Shown: in pieces, positions 34,800-48,180 of the stretch
Layout of the letters: the number at the start of each line of letters is the position of its first letter
Numbering within the stretch: position 1 is the stretch's first letter
Origin: Chiloscyllium plagiosum
Lineage: Eukaryota
NCBI RefSeq assembly: GCF_004010195.1
Contig: NC_057746.1
Span: forward strand, 27,600,374-27,664,373
Direction of reading: 5' to 3'
DNA: 64,000 nt
Translations under genes and position numbers: made by a program
The notes under the pieces: generated by a model
The model's input: only the letters and a program-made list of their open reading frames with translations
Database searches by the model: none
What the model was told of the DNA's origin: nothing

Positions 34800-35580
34800 C
34801 ATAGAAACATAGAAGATGGGAGCAGGAGGAGGCCATTCTGCCCTTCAAGCCTGCTCCACCATTCATCAAGATCATGGCTGATCATCCAACTCAATAACCT
34901 AATTCTGCTTTCTCCCCATAATCTTTGATCCCATTCACCCCAAGTGCTATATCTAACCACCTCATGAATACAGTTACTGTTTTGCCATCAACTATATCCT
35001 ATGTTAATGAATTCCACAAGCTCACCACTCTTTGGGTGAAGAAATGTCTCCTCATCTCTATCCTATGTGGTATACCCCGATTCCTCAGACTGTGACTTCT
35101 GGTTCTGGACACACCCACCATTGGGAACATCCTCCTTGTGGAGGGCTCTGGCCCAAAATGTCGACTCTCCTGCTCCTCGAAAGCTGCCTGACCTGATGTG
35201 CTTTTCCAGCAACTGTTGACACTCTCAACACCCCCACCCCGTATCTACCTAGCCTAGTCCTGTTAGAATTTTATAAATTTCTATGAAATGCCCCCCTCAT
35301 CCATCTGAACTTCAGCGAAAACAATCCTAACCTAGCCAACCTCTCCTCATGTCAGTCCCACCACCCCCACATTTGGCCTGGTAAGCTGTCACTGCACTCC
35401 CTAGAGCAAGAGCATCCTTCCCCAGAAAAGGAGACCAAAACTGCACACAATATTCTAGGTGTGGCCTCACCAAGGCCCTGTATAAGTGCAACAGCACATC
35501 CTTGTTCCTGTGCTCAAAACTTCCTGCAATGAAGGCCAAAATACCATTTGTCTTCTTTACTACCTACTGCACATTGACAC
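34800..35580 (-). mobile_element. CR1 LINE 3' fragment
   Basis: LYRALVRPHLEYCVQFWSP; catagaaacataga tail. Confidence 0.8.
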
Positions 35581-37162
35581 CAATCTTCTCTCGCATGACA
35601 TAAACCAAACCCAAAGACACAAATTTCCTCTTATTGGATATGAAGCAGCTCCACGGGCACAGAAAGATGAATTTCAATCTGTAACTCAGAATGAACATTT
35701 TCCATTACTGTTCAAATTGGACTTCTGGACCAGATCGAAGGGAGAAACTAGGATGCTGCCAGTTCTTCACCAATTCCCAATTTCCTTCTTTCTGGTGGAT
35801 ATCAGAAATGCTACTGTGAAGAATGTGCAAGTCAGTGAGAATTGTCCACAAGGATTAAGCAGCACTTCCTAATTGCAGCTGTTAAACTTTGGAATCTTTT
35901 AGGCATGGAACTGTACCAAAGACCAAAGGATTAACTTAACAGCTGCTATTATAGTTGCAAACTTATTATTGATTAGGATCTCTTAGTAATAGGCAATGAT
36001 CATGGATATTGTCCTTCAAGACAGCCTCATGAAACTGCAGCCTTGAAAGCACAATCAGCAACAGATAATATCACAACTTGTACTTACATAGTACCTTTAA
36101 TGCAATGCAGACTGCACAGAAACAGTATAAAACAACATTTGACAATGAGTCACAAAGAAGCAAATAGGTCAGACAACCAAAGGCTCAGTTGACGATTTGG
36201 TTTAAGGAGTGTCTGCGAGGAAACTGAGGAAAAGAGGCAGACATATATAGGGAGGAAATTGCAGGGCTGGCTGATAATGGAGAAACATTTATAATTGGGA
36301 ACACACAAGAGGCCAGAATTTGAGGATTGCAAATATTGCATAGGTTTCAAAGGAAGGAGTACATTACACAGGAAGGACAAAACCGAAGAGATGTTTTAAA
36401 ATGATGCTGAGAATTTTGAAGTCAAGATGACATTTGACTGCAGGCCAATTCACATCCATGCACCTGAGATAAGGAGAACTGGGATTTGCTGTGAGTTAAG
36501 ACATGGGCAGCTGAGTTTTGGATGACACAAACATTTACAAGGGATACGATATGCAAGATCAGTTAGGAAAGTTAAAGCAAAAAGTTGAGTCTAGATGAAA
36601 CAATGGTATGAACAAAGATTTCGGCAGAACTGAGCTAATTTGCCCGAAATGCCGATTTTCCTGCTCCTCGGATGTTGCCTGATCTGCTGTGCTTTTCCAG
36701 CACTGTTCTAATCTTGACTAAGATGGGGTGAACTCAAGTGATTTGATGGTGGTGGAAATGGGCGGTCTAAATGATGGAAGGAACATGAGGTTGGAAGTTC
36801 ATCTCAGAATTAAAATGTGACATTGTAAGCAGAAGACTGACTTAATTTCAGACCATTTTCAGGAAGAGGGATGGAGTCAGTGGATAGGAAGTGGTGCTCA
36901 GAGCCAGTGCTCAAAATCAATAATTTTAGTCTTACCAATTTTTGGTTGGAGGAAATTTCTGTCCATCTAGTTCTGGATATTGGATAAGAAATCAAGTAAC
37001 TTAGGGACCGAGGCAGAATCAAAGCAGCTTGCAATACGAAACACTTTCCAGTTACAGGGATCATTAACATTAAAAGAAACAAATCCAATCTGTCAGAATG
37101 AATGTCACTCAGTACTAGACAACATTAGTAGCAGTAATGAAATCGCAATCCAACTCCTGCAG

Positions 37163-38005
37163 TCATTTGTGACGTCGTTGGTGACTCAACAAGTTGGATG
37201 ATTGAGTGAATCGCTTCCCACAAATAGTACATGTAAATGGCCTCTCCCCTGTATGAATTCGCTGGTGTGTCAGCAGAATGGATGAACTCATGAATCCCTT
37301 TCCACATATGGAGCAGCTGAATGGCCTCTCCCCAGTATGCACTCGCTGGTGTATCAGGAGTTTGGATGAATTCATGTACCCCTTCCCACATACAGAGCAG
37401 GTGAAAGGCCTTGCCTCAGTGTGGGTTCGCTGATGTATCACAAGGGTTGACGACTGAGTGAATCCTCTCCCACACATGGAGCAGGCGAACGGTCTCTCTC
37501 CAGTGTGAACGCGCTGGTGTTTTAGCAAGTTGGACGGATGATTGAATCCTTTCTCACAAACTGAGCAGGTGAACGGCCTCTCCTCAGTGTGAATACGCTG
37601 ATGTGTCAGGAGTGTAGATGACTGAGTGAATCCCTTCCCACACACAAAGCAGGTGAATGGCTTGTCCCCACTGTGAATTCGACAGTGTTTCAGCAGATTG
37701 GATGGATGATTAAATCCTTTTCTACAGATGGAGCAGGTGAATGGCTTCATCTCGGTATGAACCCGTTGGTGTGTCAGGAGATTGGATGACTGAGCGAATT
37801 CCTTCCCACACACAGAGCAGGTGAATGGCTTCACTTCAGTATGGGTTCGCTGGTGTGTTACAAGATTTGATGATTGAGCGAATCCTTTTCCACACATGGA
37901 ACAAGCAAAAGGCCTCTCCCCAGTGTGAATGCGACGATGATTTTCCAGCAGAGATGGGTAATTGAATCCCTTTCCACAGTCTCCGCACTTCCATGGTTTC
38001 TCCAT
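37163..38005 (-). CDS. C2H2 zinc-finger protein, 10 tandem fingers (280 aa), no KRAB or SCAN domain seen
   Basis: Ten CxxC-x12-HxxxH repeats with TGERPF-type linkers in one open ORF. Confidence 0.93.
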   Translation of the reverse strand: MEKPWKCGDCGKGFNYPSLLENHRRIHTGERPFACSMCGKGFAQSSNLVTHQRTHTEVKPFTCSVCGKEFAQSSNLLTHQRVHTEMKPFTCSICRKGFNHPSNLLKHCRIHSGDKPFTCFVCGKGFTQSSTLLTHQRIHTEERPFTCSVCEKGFNHPSNLLKHQRVHTGERPFACSMCGRGFTQSSTLVIHQRTHTEARPFTCSVCGKGYMNSSKLLIHQRVHTGERPFSCSICGKGFMSSSILLTHQRIHTGERPFTCTICGKRFTQSSNLLSHQRRHK

Positions 38006-38869
38006 GGTGCATGTATCCTTGTCCCTCTGTAGGTTGATTGACCAGTTGAAACCTCATAAACACACAGAATCCATCTACAGGTCCTCTCTGCTAGGAATGT
38101 CTTTTCAGGGTTTGTAACTGATTAAAGCTCTTTCCACAGTCCATGTACTTGAACCCACTTACTTGGCTGTATGTATCCTACTGCTTTTCCAGTCAGGCAG
38201 ACATGAGAAATACATTTCTACAACCAGCAAACATTTCACTTTCCATATTGATGAGAAATGGCATTCAGGCCCTGATGAATCGAATGAACTTGTCTGAGCA
38301 TGACATCATGTATAATTTGAATTTCCCACCTGCAATCCACCTCTTTTAAAATCTCATTTAAAAAAGCGTTTATAAGTTAATTTCATGTAATTCATGAGAG
38401 ATTTTTGCCTTGTTTCTATGGAACAAACTTGCCCATAATATCCAGAGATGTGTTGGCTAGCGATGAGGAAGCTACAGTTACAGGGGCATGGGTTGTGTCT
38501 GGGTGAGGTGGTCTTTGGAAGGTCAGTATGGATTCGATGGGCTGAATGGCCTGCTTTACACTGTAGGGATTCTATAAGAAAAAAATACCATTTGTTTCAA
38601 CAATCTGTGTTCCATGCTCTCCCCCAATTTCAGGCATCGAAATCAGACTCCATTGCTCCATCCTCACCGGTTCTCTCCTCAGGACCCATTTTCATCCCCG
38701 GTATCGGCTGTCTGTTTCCAGTTCTCCTGCTCTGTTTGTCAAAATTTTATAAACCGATGTCGTGAAGAAATGTCAATGGACTAGAGACGTTAACTCTGTT
38801 TTCATCTCTCCACAGATGCTGCAAGGACCTGCTGAATTTCCCAGCAAATTGTTTTTGCTTGCTTTCAAT

Positions 38870-39340
38870 TGTTTTTCTACGCTCGTCCCGCGGATCGTGA
38901 GATTCGCCTGTACTACAGCAGCGGTGTCGTATTGCTTCCTCCTCAAACACCACCTCCTTTACCAAGGTGGCCGCCGGCTCGCCGGGATTACCCAGTCCGG
39001 AGCGCGAGGAGGGAACCCCGCATTTCCTGAACAGTCCCGACGCGAGACGGTGAGGCCGCACCTCTGCGTTCCGCACCTCTGAATGCAGAAAGAGCCTTTG
39101 GGCTGTTATTGAGCGGCCTCTGAACTACCCCGGATGCTTGCTGAACCGTTCGGACACGGCCGTGACTTCAATCCCTGACATGCTCCATTCGGCCGAATGA
39201 GGGACTCCAGCATTTTTAGCCCGCCTCCATCGCCTCACTGCGCATGTCTAAACACCACATATTTCTCCTCCCCCCCCACCCCCCACACACACCCCGAAAA
39301 CCGACCGCGCCTGCGCATTCAGTCGTGTGGAACGATCGTG
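38870..39340 (-). promoter_or_regulatory. CpG-rich promoter/first-exon region of the zinc-finger gene
   Basis: High CpG density against a CpG-poor background; NRF1-like TGCGCATG (about 39239) and GCGCCTGCGCA (about 39307). Confidence 0.55.
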
Positions 39341-40222
39341 GCATAGCAAATCCACCGGCTCTGAAGGCCCCTTACCCCTGGAGGTCACCGGTAATGTGGC
39401 CTGCTTCTGAGCATGGCTTCAATTCCCATTTGTTCCAGAGGTGTATTATAACGTCCATGAACGGGTTGTTTGGAGAAGGGATAAACGAATGAAAATATAC
39501 ATATCTCCCCTCTTCGGGCTCTTGCAGCACAGTGGTGGAGTCCCTGCCTCTGAGCATAGCCATTTGGTTTCAAGAACCACTTGTTCCAACATCTCTGAAT
39601 GAATTGATATCGAAAATATACTTTCAAAAATACATATTGGACCCGGATGCATTCTGTGCAATAAAGGATCATGATGTTTTTCCTCCTACCTGAAACCTGG
39701 CTGCCTCTTCGGATGCTGCCTGACCTGCTGTGCTTTACCAGCACCACTCTGATCTAATCTCTGGTTTCCAGCATCTACAGTCCTAATTTTTGCCCTGCCA
39801 AATATGATGTCTCACATATGATCAGTCTTAGCTGAAGGTGCTTTCAGTGAAACAGAATTTTCATCCTACAGTGAGCAGCAGAACTTCAAATAACGTGATA
39901 TTTGCTGTGAAGGCCAAGCCATCAAATATATTTAAGACAGAGAAAGATAGGTTCCTGTTAGTAAGCGGATCACGGGTGACAGTGAAAAGGCAGGAGAATC
40001 GGGTTGAATATCATATCAGTCCTGATCAACTGGCAGAGTAGACAAGACGTAATTCTGCTCATATCTTCTCGTCTTATATCAGTCCCATTCACATCACAAT
40101 TAGTAATTTGACTGATTCGACTAGGAAACAATGACAGATGTTAGGATCATCGTCTGGGTGCAAGTGTTTGGGCTTAAAGTTAAAAATTATGTTACTGTTG
40201 GCATTTAGGACAGTTAGAGAGG

Positions 40223-40508
40223 TTAGATTACTTACAATGTGGAAACAGGCCCTTCGGCCCAACAAGTCCACACCAACCTGCAACCCACCCAGACCCATTC
40301 CCCTACAGTTAACCCTTCACCTAACACTATGGGCAATTTAGCATGGCCAATTCACCTAACCTGCACATTTTTGGACTATGGGAGGAAACTGGAGCACCCG
40401 GAGGAAACCCACGCAGACAATGTGCAAACTCCACACAGTCAGTCACCTGAGGCGGGAATTGAACCCATGTCTCTGGCATAGTGAGGCAGCAGTGCCACTG
40501 TGCCGCCC
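40223..40508 (-). mobile_element. HE1 SINE
   Basis: Near full-length copy with a tRNA-derived head. Confidence 0.85.
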
Positions 40509-40959
40509 ACTAAGGCAATTTTGACCATTGAGACCACACCAGCTCTATGAAGATCATCCCACCCAAAGCTTGGAACACTGCATTCCCCATGGCTAATCCA
40601 TTTAACCTGCACAGCCTTGAACATTATGGAGTGATTTAGTACAGCCAACCCACCCTAACCTTCACATCTTTGGACTCTTAGTAGAAAGGAAATAACTAGG
40701 AAAAAGTTTTGGGATTAAAAAAAAGTTGCTGGAAAACCTTAGCAGGTCTGGCTCCATCTGCGAAATCAAGACTTAATCTTTTGTTAGGAGAAAGTGAGGA
40801 CTGCAGATGCTGGAGGTCAGAGTCGAGAGTATGGTGCTGGAAAAGCACAGCAGGTCAGGCAGCATCCAAGGAAAATGAGAATTGAAGTTTTGCGTCCGGT
40901 GATCCTTCCTCAGAACTGATGGGAGCTTGGAAAATATTGGTTTATATGCTGAAGATAGG

Positions 40960-41172
40960 GTGGGTGGGATGGGGTAAGGAGTAAGTGATAAATGGGAAGA
41001 GAGCCCAAAGAGAGAGAAGAACAGTTGGACAGACAAAGGAATCTTCAGGAATGAGCAGAGAGTATTCAGCAGGAGAAGATAAAAGGTCACTGGGTGGGAT
41101 GGGGTAAGGAGTAAGTGATAAATGGGAAGAGAGCCCAAAGAGAGAGAAGAACAGTTGGACAGACAAAGGAAT
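40960..41172. repeat. About 82-bp direct duplication within a PLE-type repeat
   Basis: tgggtgggatggggtaaggagtaagtgataaatgggaagagagccc...agacaaaggaat occurs twice. Confidence 0.85.
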
Positions 41173-42169
41173 AGATAACACCAGAGTTAGGAGGGTGAAT
41201 AACTGTTAATGGAGACTGTTACTGGCTGAAACAATTTTCAGGTAAGGAGCAGGATGTTTAGAGGGAATTTGATTATGTTTTATCGCGTTAAGGATTTTGG
41301 ATATCAAAACACACTGCCAGAAGGGGTGGCAAAGTCAGGAACCCTCAAAGCATTAGGAACTATATAGATGAACACATGAAATGCCACAGCTTAGAAGACT
41401 ATGGGACATCTGCCAGAAAATGGGATTAGAGTAGATGGTGATGACCAGCACAGACATGATGGAACTCAGGGTCTCTTTCTAACAACAAAATCATGAGTTG
41501 CTGCAAAAGCTCAGCAGATCGGGCAGCACCTGTGCAGAGAAATCAAAGTGAACATTTGGGTCCAGTGACCCTCCCTCAAGATTTGTCAATTTACTCTGGA
41601 TGCAGTAGAGGCAGGATTTTTCTATGGAAATAGCCAAACTTGAGAACTGACATAATTCAGAGTTCAACAGCAAAAAGGCATAAAGTGGAACAATTGGCAG
41701 CAGGATTTCAACTGGTCTCTTATCTGTGAAATGTCAAGGAATTTCATTTGAAACAATCCTGGACCAGTTGACACATGTAAAATGTTAAACACCAGATTTG
41801 TTGTCTAAGTATTATAAAGATTGGTAAAAAATTATCTCCCAACTGCCACAATGAATTCAGTTAACTCGCATATGTGATTCAAAGTTGTATGATGGGTGCT
41901 GACAAAGGTAAGCACTTTGTCTTCAGAGTTGCATGCCTTAAACCCAGGTACATACAACAAACTTAACACATACCCAATATGGATATCAGACCTACATAAA
42001 AACACACTAACTTCACTTCAAAAGCAGTGTAATGAATCAAAATATGTATATAAGAAAATTTGTTGATGCTCACCATTTCATGCAGCATGTAAGATTAATA
42101 ATACATATGTCTAAACTGCTACTTTGTGTCTGATTTGGGCATCTCTTGTGCACACTTATAATCACTTTC

Positions 42170-42500
42170 TACAGTGGAAAAGAGGCCAATCGGCCCATTG
42201 AGTCTGCACTGACCCTCTTTATAGCATTCCACTCAGACCCCCACTCTATCCCTGTAACCCCATATTTACCATGACTAACCCACTCAGCCTGCACATCCCA
42301 AGACATATTGGGGCAGTGTATCATGGCCATTCCACCTAACCTTCACATCTATGGACTGTTGGTGGAAACCGGAGTATCCAGATGAAACCCATGCAGCCAC
42401 AGGGAAAACACCAGAGCTCCACACAGTCACCCAAGACTGGAATCAAACCCAAGTACCTGGTGCTGTGAAGCAACAGTGCTGACCACTGAGCCATCATGCC
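42170..42500 (-). mobile_element. HE1/V-SINE copy (diverged)
   Basis: V-SINE core and tRNA-like head. Confidence 0.7.
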
Positions 42501-43049
42501 ACTTATCCCATTTTACATTGATAATGTAATGGAAGTAAAGAATCAGTAGGTACTTTACAGGATGCACAGTGTATTCATTATATTACAGAGTGAATATGTG
42601 AGACTTTTACAGGGTTTGGGCACTTTAAATTAAGTAAAGTTTAAATTAAAGTTCACAGTACTGCAGATAATAAGGCAGCATTGGATTTTGGGTAAATGGC
42701 AGTAAACAGACAGTAGTGGTTAATGTATTTTCTTTGGACTGGAGGCATATAAACAATGGTATTCCCAATTCACTGCTGGGAAACCAGTGTTCTCAATATA
42801 GAGAAATGACCTTGGTTTGGCCTGTGGGGACTCTGCCTACAAAACCAAATGTTAAAACACTCTAATGGATCTACCTGCGTGAAGAAATTGATCCATTAAT
42901 TTGATTGTTAGACAAATGAGCACAGTCTACAAGGGTGAGCCTGCTGTATGCATGAGAAAGAATTTGCAACATTATGCAACCTCTCACACAATCAAGTTTA
43001 CACTGAGGAGAAGTCATTTAATATGTCCAATCCACCTAATCTGCCCATG

Positions 43050-43375
43050 ATTAGATTCAGCACAGTATGAAAACAGGCTCTTTGGCCCAACAAGTTCACA
43101 CCGACCCTCTGAAGAGTAACCCATCCAGACCCATTGCCCTGTCCTATATTTAACCCTGATTAATGCACCTCACACTATGGGCAATTTAGCATGGCCAATT
43201 CAACTGACCAGCATATCTTTGAATTGTGGAAGGAAACCAGAGCACTCAGATGAAACCCACAAAGACACGGGGAGAACGTGCAAGCTCAACATAGTCAGTC
43301 ACCCAAGGGTAGAATCAAACCCATGTCCCTGGTGCTGTGAGACAGCAGTGCTAACCACCTTGTCACCACACCACC
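43050..43375 (-). mobile_element. HE1/V-SINE copy
   Basis: atgggcaatttagcatggccaattc...cagcagtgctaaccac. Confidence 0.75.
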
Positions 43376-43779
43376 CCTTTGATTTGAATGTAAATTTGAA
43401 TTTGCTTCTGCTGGTGTTCATAACAGGTCTAACTGGGCTCAAGATAAACAGTCTTTTGGTAATTATATTAATTTTATGTCCTCTACTTTCTGACTAACAA
43501 AGAGTGCACATAATTTTTCTTCATTTATTTGATAAATTGTGAATAATTCCACATTCAGATATCTGCTGACTCTTTTCTTTGATGAAAAGAGCTGTAGTTT
43601 CACTCATCTGTTCATATAACTGAAGCCTTTATGTCCTGGTAACAACTCAGTTAATCTCTTCTGCAACCTCTCCGAGATCTTGACATTCCTCCTGATGTAA
43701 AATCTCAAATTTCACCCAATACGTGAATCGGCCTCCGACTCTTAAAACAATTGGTTTTATCACCTTGAAATGTTGTAAG

Positions 43780-44800
43780 TGGCTTTCAATGGCTTACTAA
43801 CAAGTGAACCCTTTGATGAGTCTGCTTTGGAGGACCTGGGTGTCTAGTTTTTGACCAGAATATGCACTTGGTCTTTTGTTTTACAAAGACTCGTCTGTCC
43901 CACGTGTGTAGTCTTACTTTGTTTGTCAGGAAATGCTGAACTGTCCGTTTACACTGACTAATGAGTTCTGATGCCTCTTTGGTTTTCAATTGTCTTGGCC
44001 TGTATCTTGCAAAGGTCTGTCCCCTGCCAAAATTGTCTCTCTGTGTCTTTATGTCTTGGCTGAGGTATTCCCAGTGTGCCTTGCTTTTTGGCTAAATTCT
44101 GTGCACTTTTTGTTTCATTGGTTGTGCTTGTATTTTTGGCCTTCCTCTTTGATGATTTTTTACTTGAGCAGTTGCAAGCTGCTACAATTGCATGTAGCAA
44201 CCAACATAAGACCCGTCAAGTTAGCAAGATCACACTCGCAACTCAACTTGACCACTACTTGATTAAAAAAGCACAGCAGGTCAAGCAGGATTATCGATGT
44301 TTTGGCATAAGCCCTTCAATAGGGATCAGCTTCAGCTTTCCAGCACTACACTCTCGATTTTGATCTCCAACATCCGCAGTCCTCACTTTCTCCTACTACT
44401 TGTTTAATAGTGGAATTTAGCTATGATTCCAGCTGACAGTGTCTGTCTCTGGAAGTGTCCATGGTTCGATCCTTGTGCAAAATTGTTCTTTGAAATTCTC
44501 CTAATGAAGGATTGTGGAGTCAGATTCTTATACAGATTTTCATCTTTCAGGTCTATGATGCGATATTATTCATGATTCTTTTGAGCTTTTCATCCAAATT
44601 ATTGACTCCTCCTCTTGAAACATCAAGTCAGCAGCTTATTTTCTTCAATAAGTAGTTTCTCTGTTGCCTGTTACATTTGGTATTGACTCTCAGTTTGAAG
44701 ACACATTTTTCTTGTAACTATCTTCTTCACTTCTTCAGCAGTGCAGTAAAGAACTCCAAGATTGCAATGGAAGACGATTGCTGCTTTCAAGCTCCTGGTC
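43780..44800 (-). mobile_element. Possible degenerate LINE ORF1 remnant
   Basis: Broken fragments such as RIIDLKDENL, GIIAKF, HTWDRRVFVK resemble the LINE ORF1 RRM/C-terminus; many stops. Confidence 0.3.
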
Positions 44801-44845
44801 TTGTTTCTTTTTTATTTCTTTTACTTTCGTTTTTGTTCTTTTTTT

Positions 44846-45163
44846 TAGATTAGATTACTTACAGTGTGGAAACAGGCCCTTCGGCCCAACAAGTCCACAC
44901 CGACCCGCCGAAGCGTATACCACCCAGACCCATACTCCTACACTTACCCCTTCATCTAACACTACGGACAATTTAGCATGGTCAATTCACTTAACCTGCA
45001 CATTTTTGAATTGTGGGAGGAAACCGGAGCACCCGGAGGAAACCCACGCAGACACGGGGAGAATGTGCAAACTCCACACAGAGAGTCGCCTGAGGCGGGA
45101 ATTGAACCCGGGTCTCTGGCGCTGTGAGGCAGCAGTGCTAACCACTGTGCCACCGTGCCGCCC
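44846..45163 (-). mobile_element. HE1 SINE, young full-length copy
   Basis: Nearly identical to 56875-57187; A/B boxes GGCACAGTGG and GGTTCAATTCC. Confidence 0.92.
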
Positions 45164-45754
45164 ATTTTCTCCTCATTAAAAGCTTTTTCGGCATTTTTGA
45201 TGAGGTGAGAGTGGGCCCGGCCCTCTGAGCATATGCAGCAGCAGCAGCAACAACAGGAGAATGCGACTTGCAGCTTGGAGGAAAGCATGCGCCTTGCAGC
45301 ACAAAGGAGAGAGAGCGTGCATAGCTAGGAGAGTGTGAACCAGCTATTCAACATGGTGGCACCAGCAGAGTAGGCCCGTCCATGTTCTTTTTATTATTTT
45401 TCCTTTTCATCTTTTTCTTTTCCTTCTTCTTTTCTTCATTTTCCTGATGTTGGGGGAGGCTGAAGTGGTGTTGGCGGTGACTGGGTTGGGGACTCCTGGC
45501 TTCTTAGGCCTGATATGTGGATTCCTGGAATTGGTGGCCAGGGATCAGCTGCAGTGATGGTGGAATGGCTACTCCTGGCTATGATAGGCTTGGAAAGAGG
45601 ACCATCCAGAGACCTTACATAAATCCTGGAGGTGTGTTTGGGACATCAACCAATGAAGATGAGCTCCATTTAACTACTTCAAATTTCTTCTTTAGTACCT
45701 CAAAATAGTGCTGTATTGTGGTGACAGAACACTTTTCACTGTATCTCCTTAGAC

Positions 45755-46080
45755 ATCCCGCATGGTGGGGGAGTCCAAAACTAGAGGTCATAGGTTTAAG
45801 GTGAGAGGGAAAAGAATTAAAAGGGACCTAAGGGGTACCTTTTCATGCAGAGGGTGGTGCATGTATGGAATGAGCTGCCAGAAGAGGTGATGGAGGCTGG
45901 TACAATTATAACATTTGAAAGGCGTCTGGATGGATATGTGGATAGGAACGGTTAAGAGGGATATGGGCTAAGTGCTGGCAAATGGGGCTAGATTAATTTA
46001 GGATATCTGGTTAGCATGGACGAGTTGGACCAAAGGGTCTGTTTTCATGCCGCACATCTCTATGATTCTATGACTCTATG
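45755..46080 (+). mobile_element. CR1 3' end
   Basis: ggagtccaaaactagaggtcatagg...ctatgattctatgactctatg. Confidence 0.8.
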
Positions 46081-46092
46081 TGACAATAAAAC

Positions 46093-46160
46093 ATTCAATC
46101 ATTCATCTATTCATTCATTCATCCCTCCATCCATCCATCTGCCCATCCACCTACCCAATT
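46093..46160. repeat. (ATTC)n/(ATCC)n degenerate microsatellite
   Basis: attcattcattcatccctccatccatccatc. Confidence 0.7.
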
Positions 46161-46339
46161 ATCAAGCAAGTGTCAAAATAGTTTTGTTCATGTAGCTTCG
46201 ACTCCTTTTCCCAGGCATGGCTAATGGCTTTCAATTCCAACATGAGTTTGTCTTTCTCCCTTCATAGTTTATTCCAGACAGAGTTATTGCTGCTTTTAGT
46301 CTATCTTTGTTGATTCCTTCAATGTGTGAACAGTTATTA

Positions 46340-48180
46340 TTGTTCTGAAGTTTATACGATTACAATGTTGTCTGGGAGTTTTCTAATCACACCTTGTTCT
46401 TTCATGTCTAGATCAATAATATTCACAACAAACAGCAAGGAATCCATTACTGAACCCTGTGGTACACCACTGGATACAAGCTTCCATACACTAAAACACC
46501 CTTTGACTATAACTATCTGTTTTACTGCTTCTAAGCCAATTTCAGATCCAATTTTTCCCATGTCCCAATTATCCTTAACTTCTCAACCAGTCTTCCAAGC
46601 ACGACTCTGTGTAAAGCCTTACTGAAGGCTATGTAACAGCACTAATTTCATTGACACACTAAATCACCTGCTCCGAAAATTCAATCAAATTTGTTAGACA
46701 TGATCTCTGCCTGACAAAGACATGCTGACAATACGTGATTAATCTTTGCTTCTCCAAGTGAAGATTAATTCTGTCCCTCAGATTTTTTCATAATGGTTCC
46801 CCGACCACAGATGTTAGACTTGCTGGCCTGTACATTCTTGGCTTACCCTTCTTGAATAATGGTACCACATCAGTTGTCCTCTACCACTCCTCCTGTGGCC
46901 ATACAGCTTTTGAAAATTAATGTCAGAGTCCCTGCAATCACCTCCCTTGCCTTTCGTAGCAGCATGGGGTACATCGCAGCTGGGCCTGGGGATTTATCTG
47001 CTTTGAAGCCTACTAATACTGCTAACACCTCCTCTATGTCAATGCTCATTCATATTTCCCCTGCTTAATTTCTATATCTACATTGTCCTTCTTTGCATTG
47101 AATACAGATGTAAAGCATTCATTTAAAACCTCAGCTCCCTGTTCCAGACACAGATTGCACCTTGTTCCCTATTGGGCCCTATTCATTCTCTGGCTATTCT
47201 CTTTCCACTAATAAACTTATAAAATGCCTTTGGAGTTTTAATGTTGTCTGCCAGCATTTTTCCATATCTGCTCTTCACTATTCCACTTTTTTAAAATAAA
47301 TCCCTGCACGATCTTTACTCCTCTAAGGCATCCACTATTTCTGACCCTTCAGTATCTACCATAATTTCCTTTTTTCTCCTTATTGAATTTTGTACATCCA
47401 TTATCATCCAGTGTTCTCTGGACTTCTTTTATTCTACCCTTTATCTTTACTGGAAAAAGTTGGTTGGCCCTGCACTCTCACTATCAACCTTTCAAATGTC
47501 TCCTTCTGCTCTGATGTGGATATCTCTGCAAGTAGCTTCTCCCAACTCACTTTGCTCAAATCATGTCTTATCTTAATAAATTCATCTTCGTTCCAATCCA
47601 GCCCCTTTATTTCTAGTCTATCTTTGACTTTATCGATATTAAATCGTACAGAATCTTGGTCACGATCACTGCAATGCTTCCCTCCTCCATACCTACCACT
47701 TGCCTGGCTTTGTTCCATAAAACTAGGTGCATCACCACCTTGTAGGTCTTGTAGCCCTTTCAAATGTGCTAGCTTAAAAAGCTGTCTTGAACCAAATTTA
47801 ATAATTCCACCCCCTCAAAGCCTATCACACTTTGTTTAATCCAATTAATACTGGAGAATTTGAAATCCCCAAATATACTTATCCTGTTATTTTTACACTG
47901 AACTTTGCATAAGTATTGGTCTTTCTGATTATTTGGGAGTCTGTAATATATCCCCGGCAAAGTGACTGCCCCATTTTGATCTAATTCTACTTATATGGTT
48001 TCATTTGAGGAACTTCGTAAGGTGTCCCTCATGACTGAAGTAACTGACTCCAAGATTAATATTGCCACACCACCTTCTCTTTTACACTCTCTATCTCATC
48101 TGAAGATTCTATACACTAGAACATTGAGCTAATAGTCCTGTACCTTGCTGAACCATACCTCTGTGACAGCAACGATATCC
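46340..48180 (-). mobile_element. Old CR1 ORF2 remnant (endonuclease to reverse transcriptase)
   Basis: [26 protein letters not shown]. Confidence 0.8.

Noticed and set aside
34680-34800. Three degenerate repeats of about 45 bp
   Set aside because: Ordinary minisatellite; no unique spacers, and the context is eukaryotic, so not CRISPR.
45233-45256. (CAG)n tract suggesting polyQ
   Set aside because: No convincing ORF or splice context.
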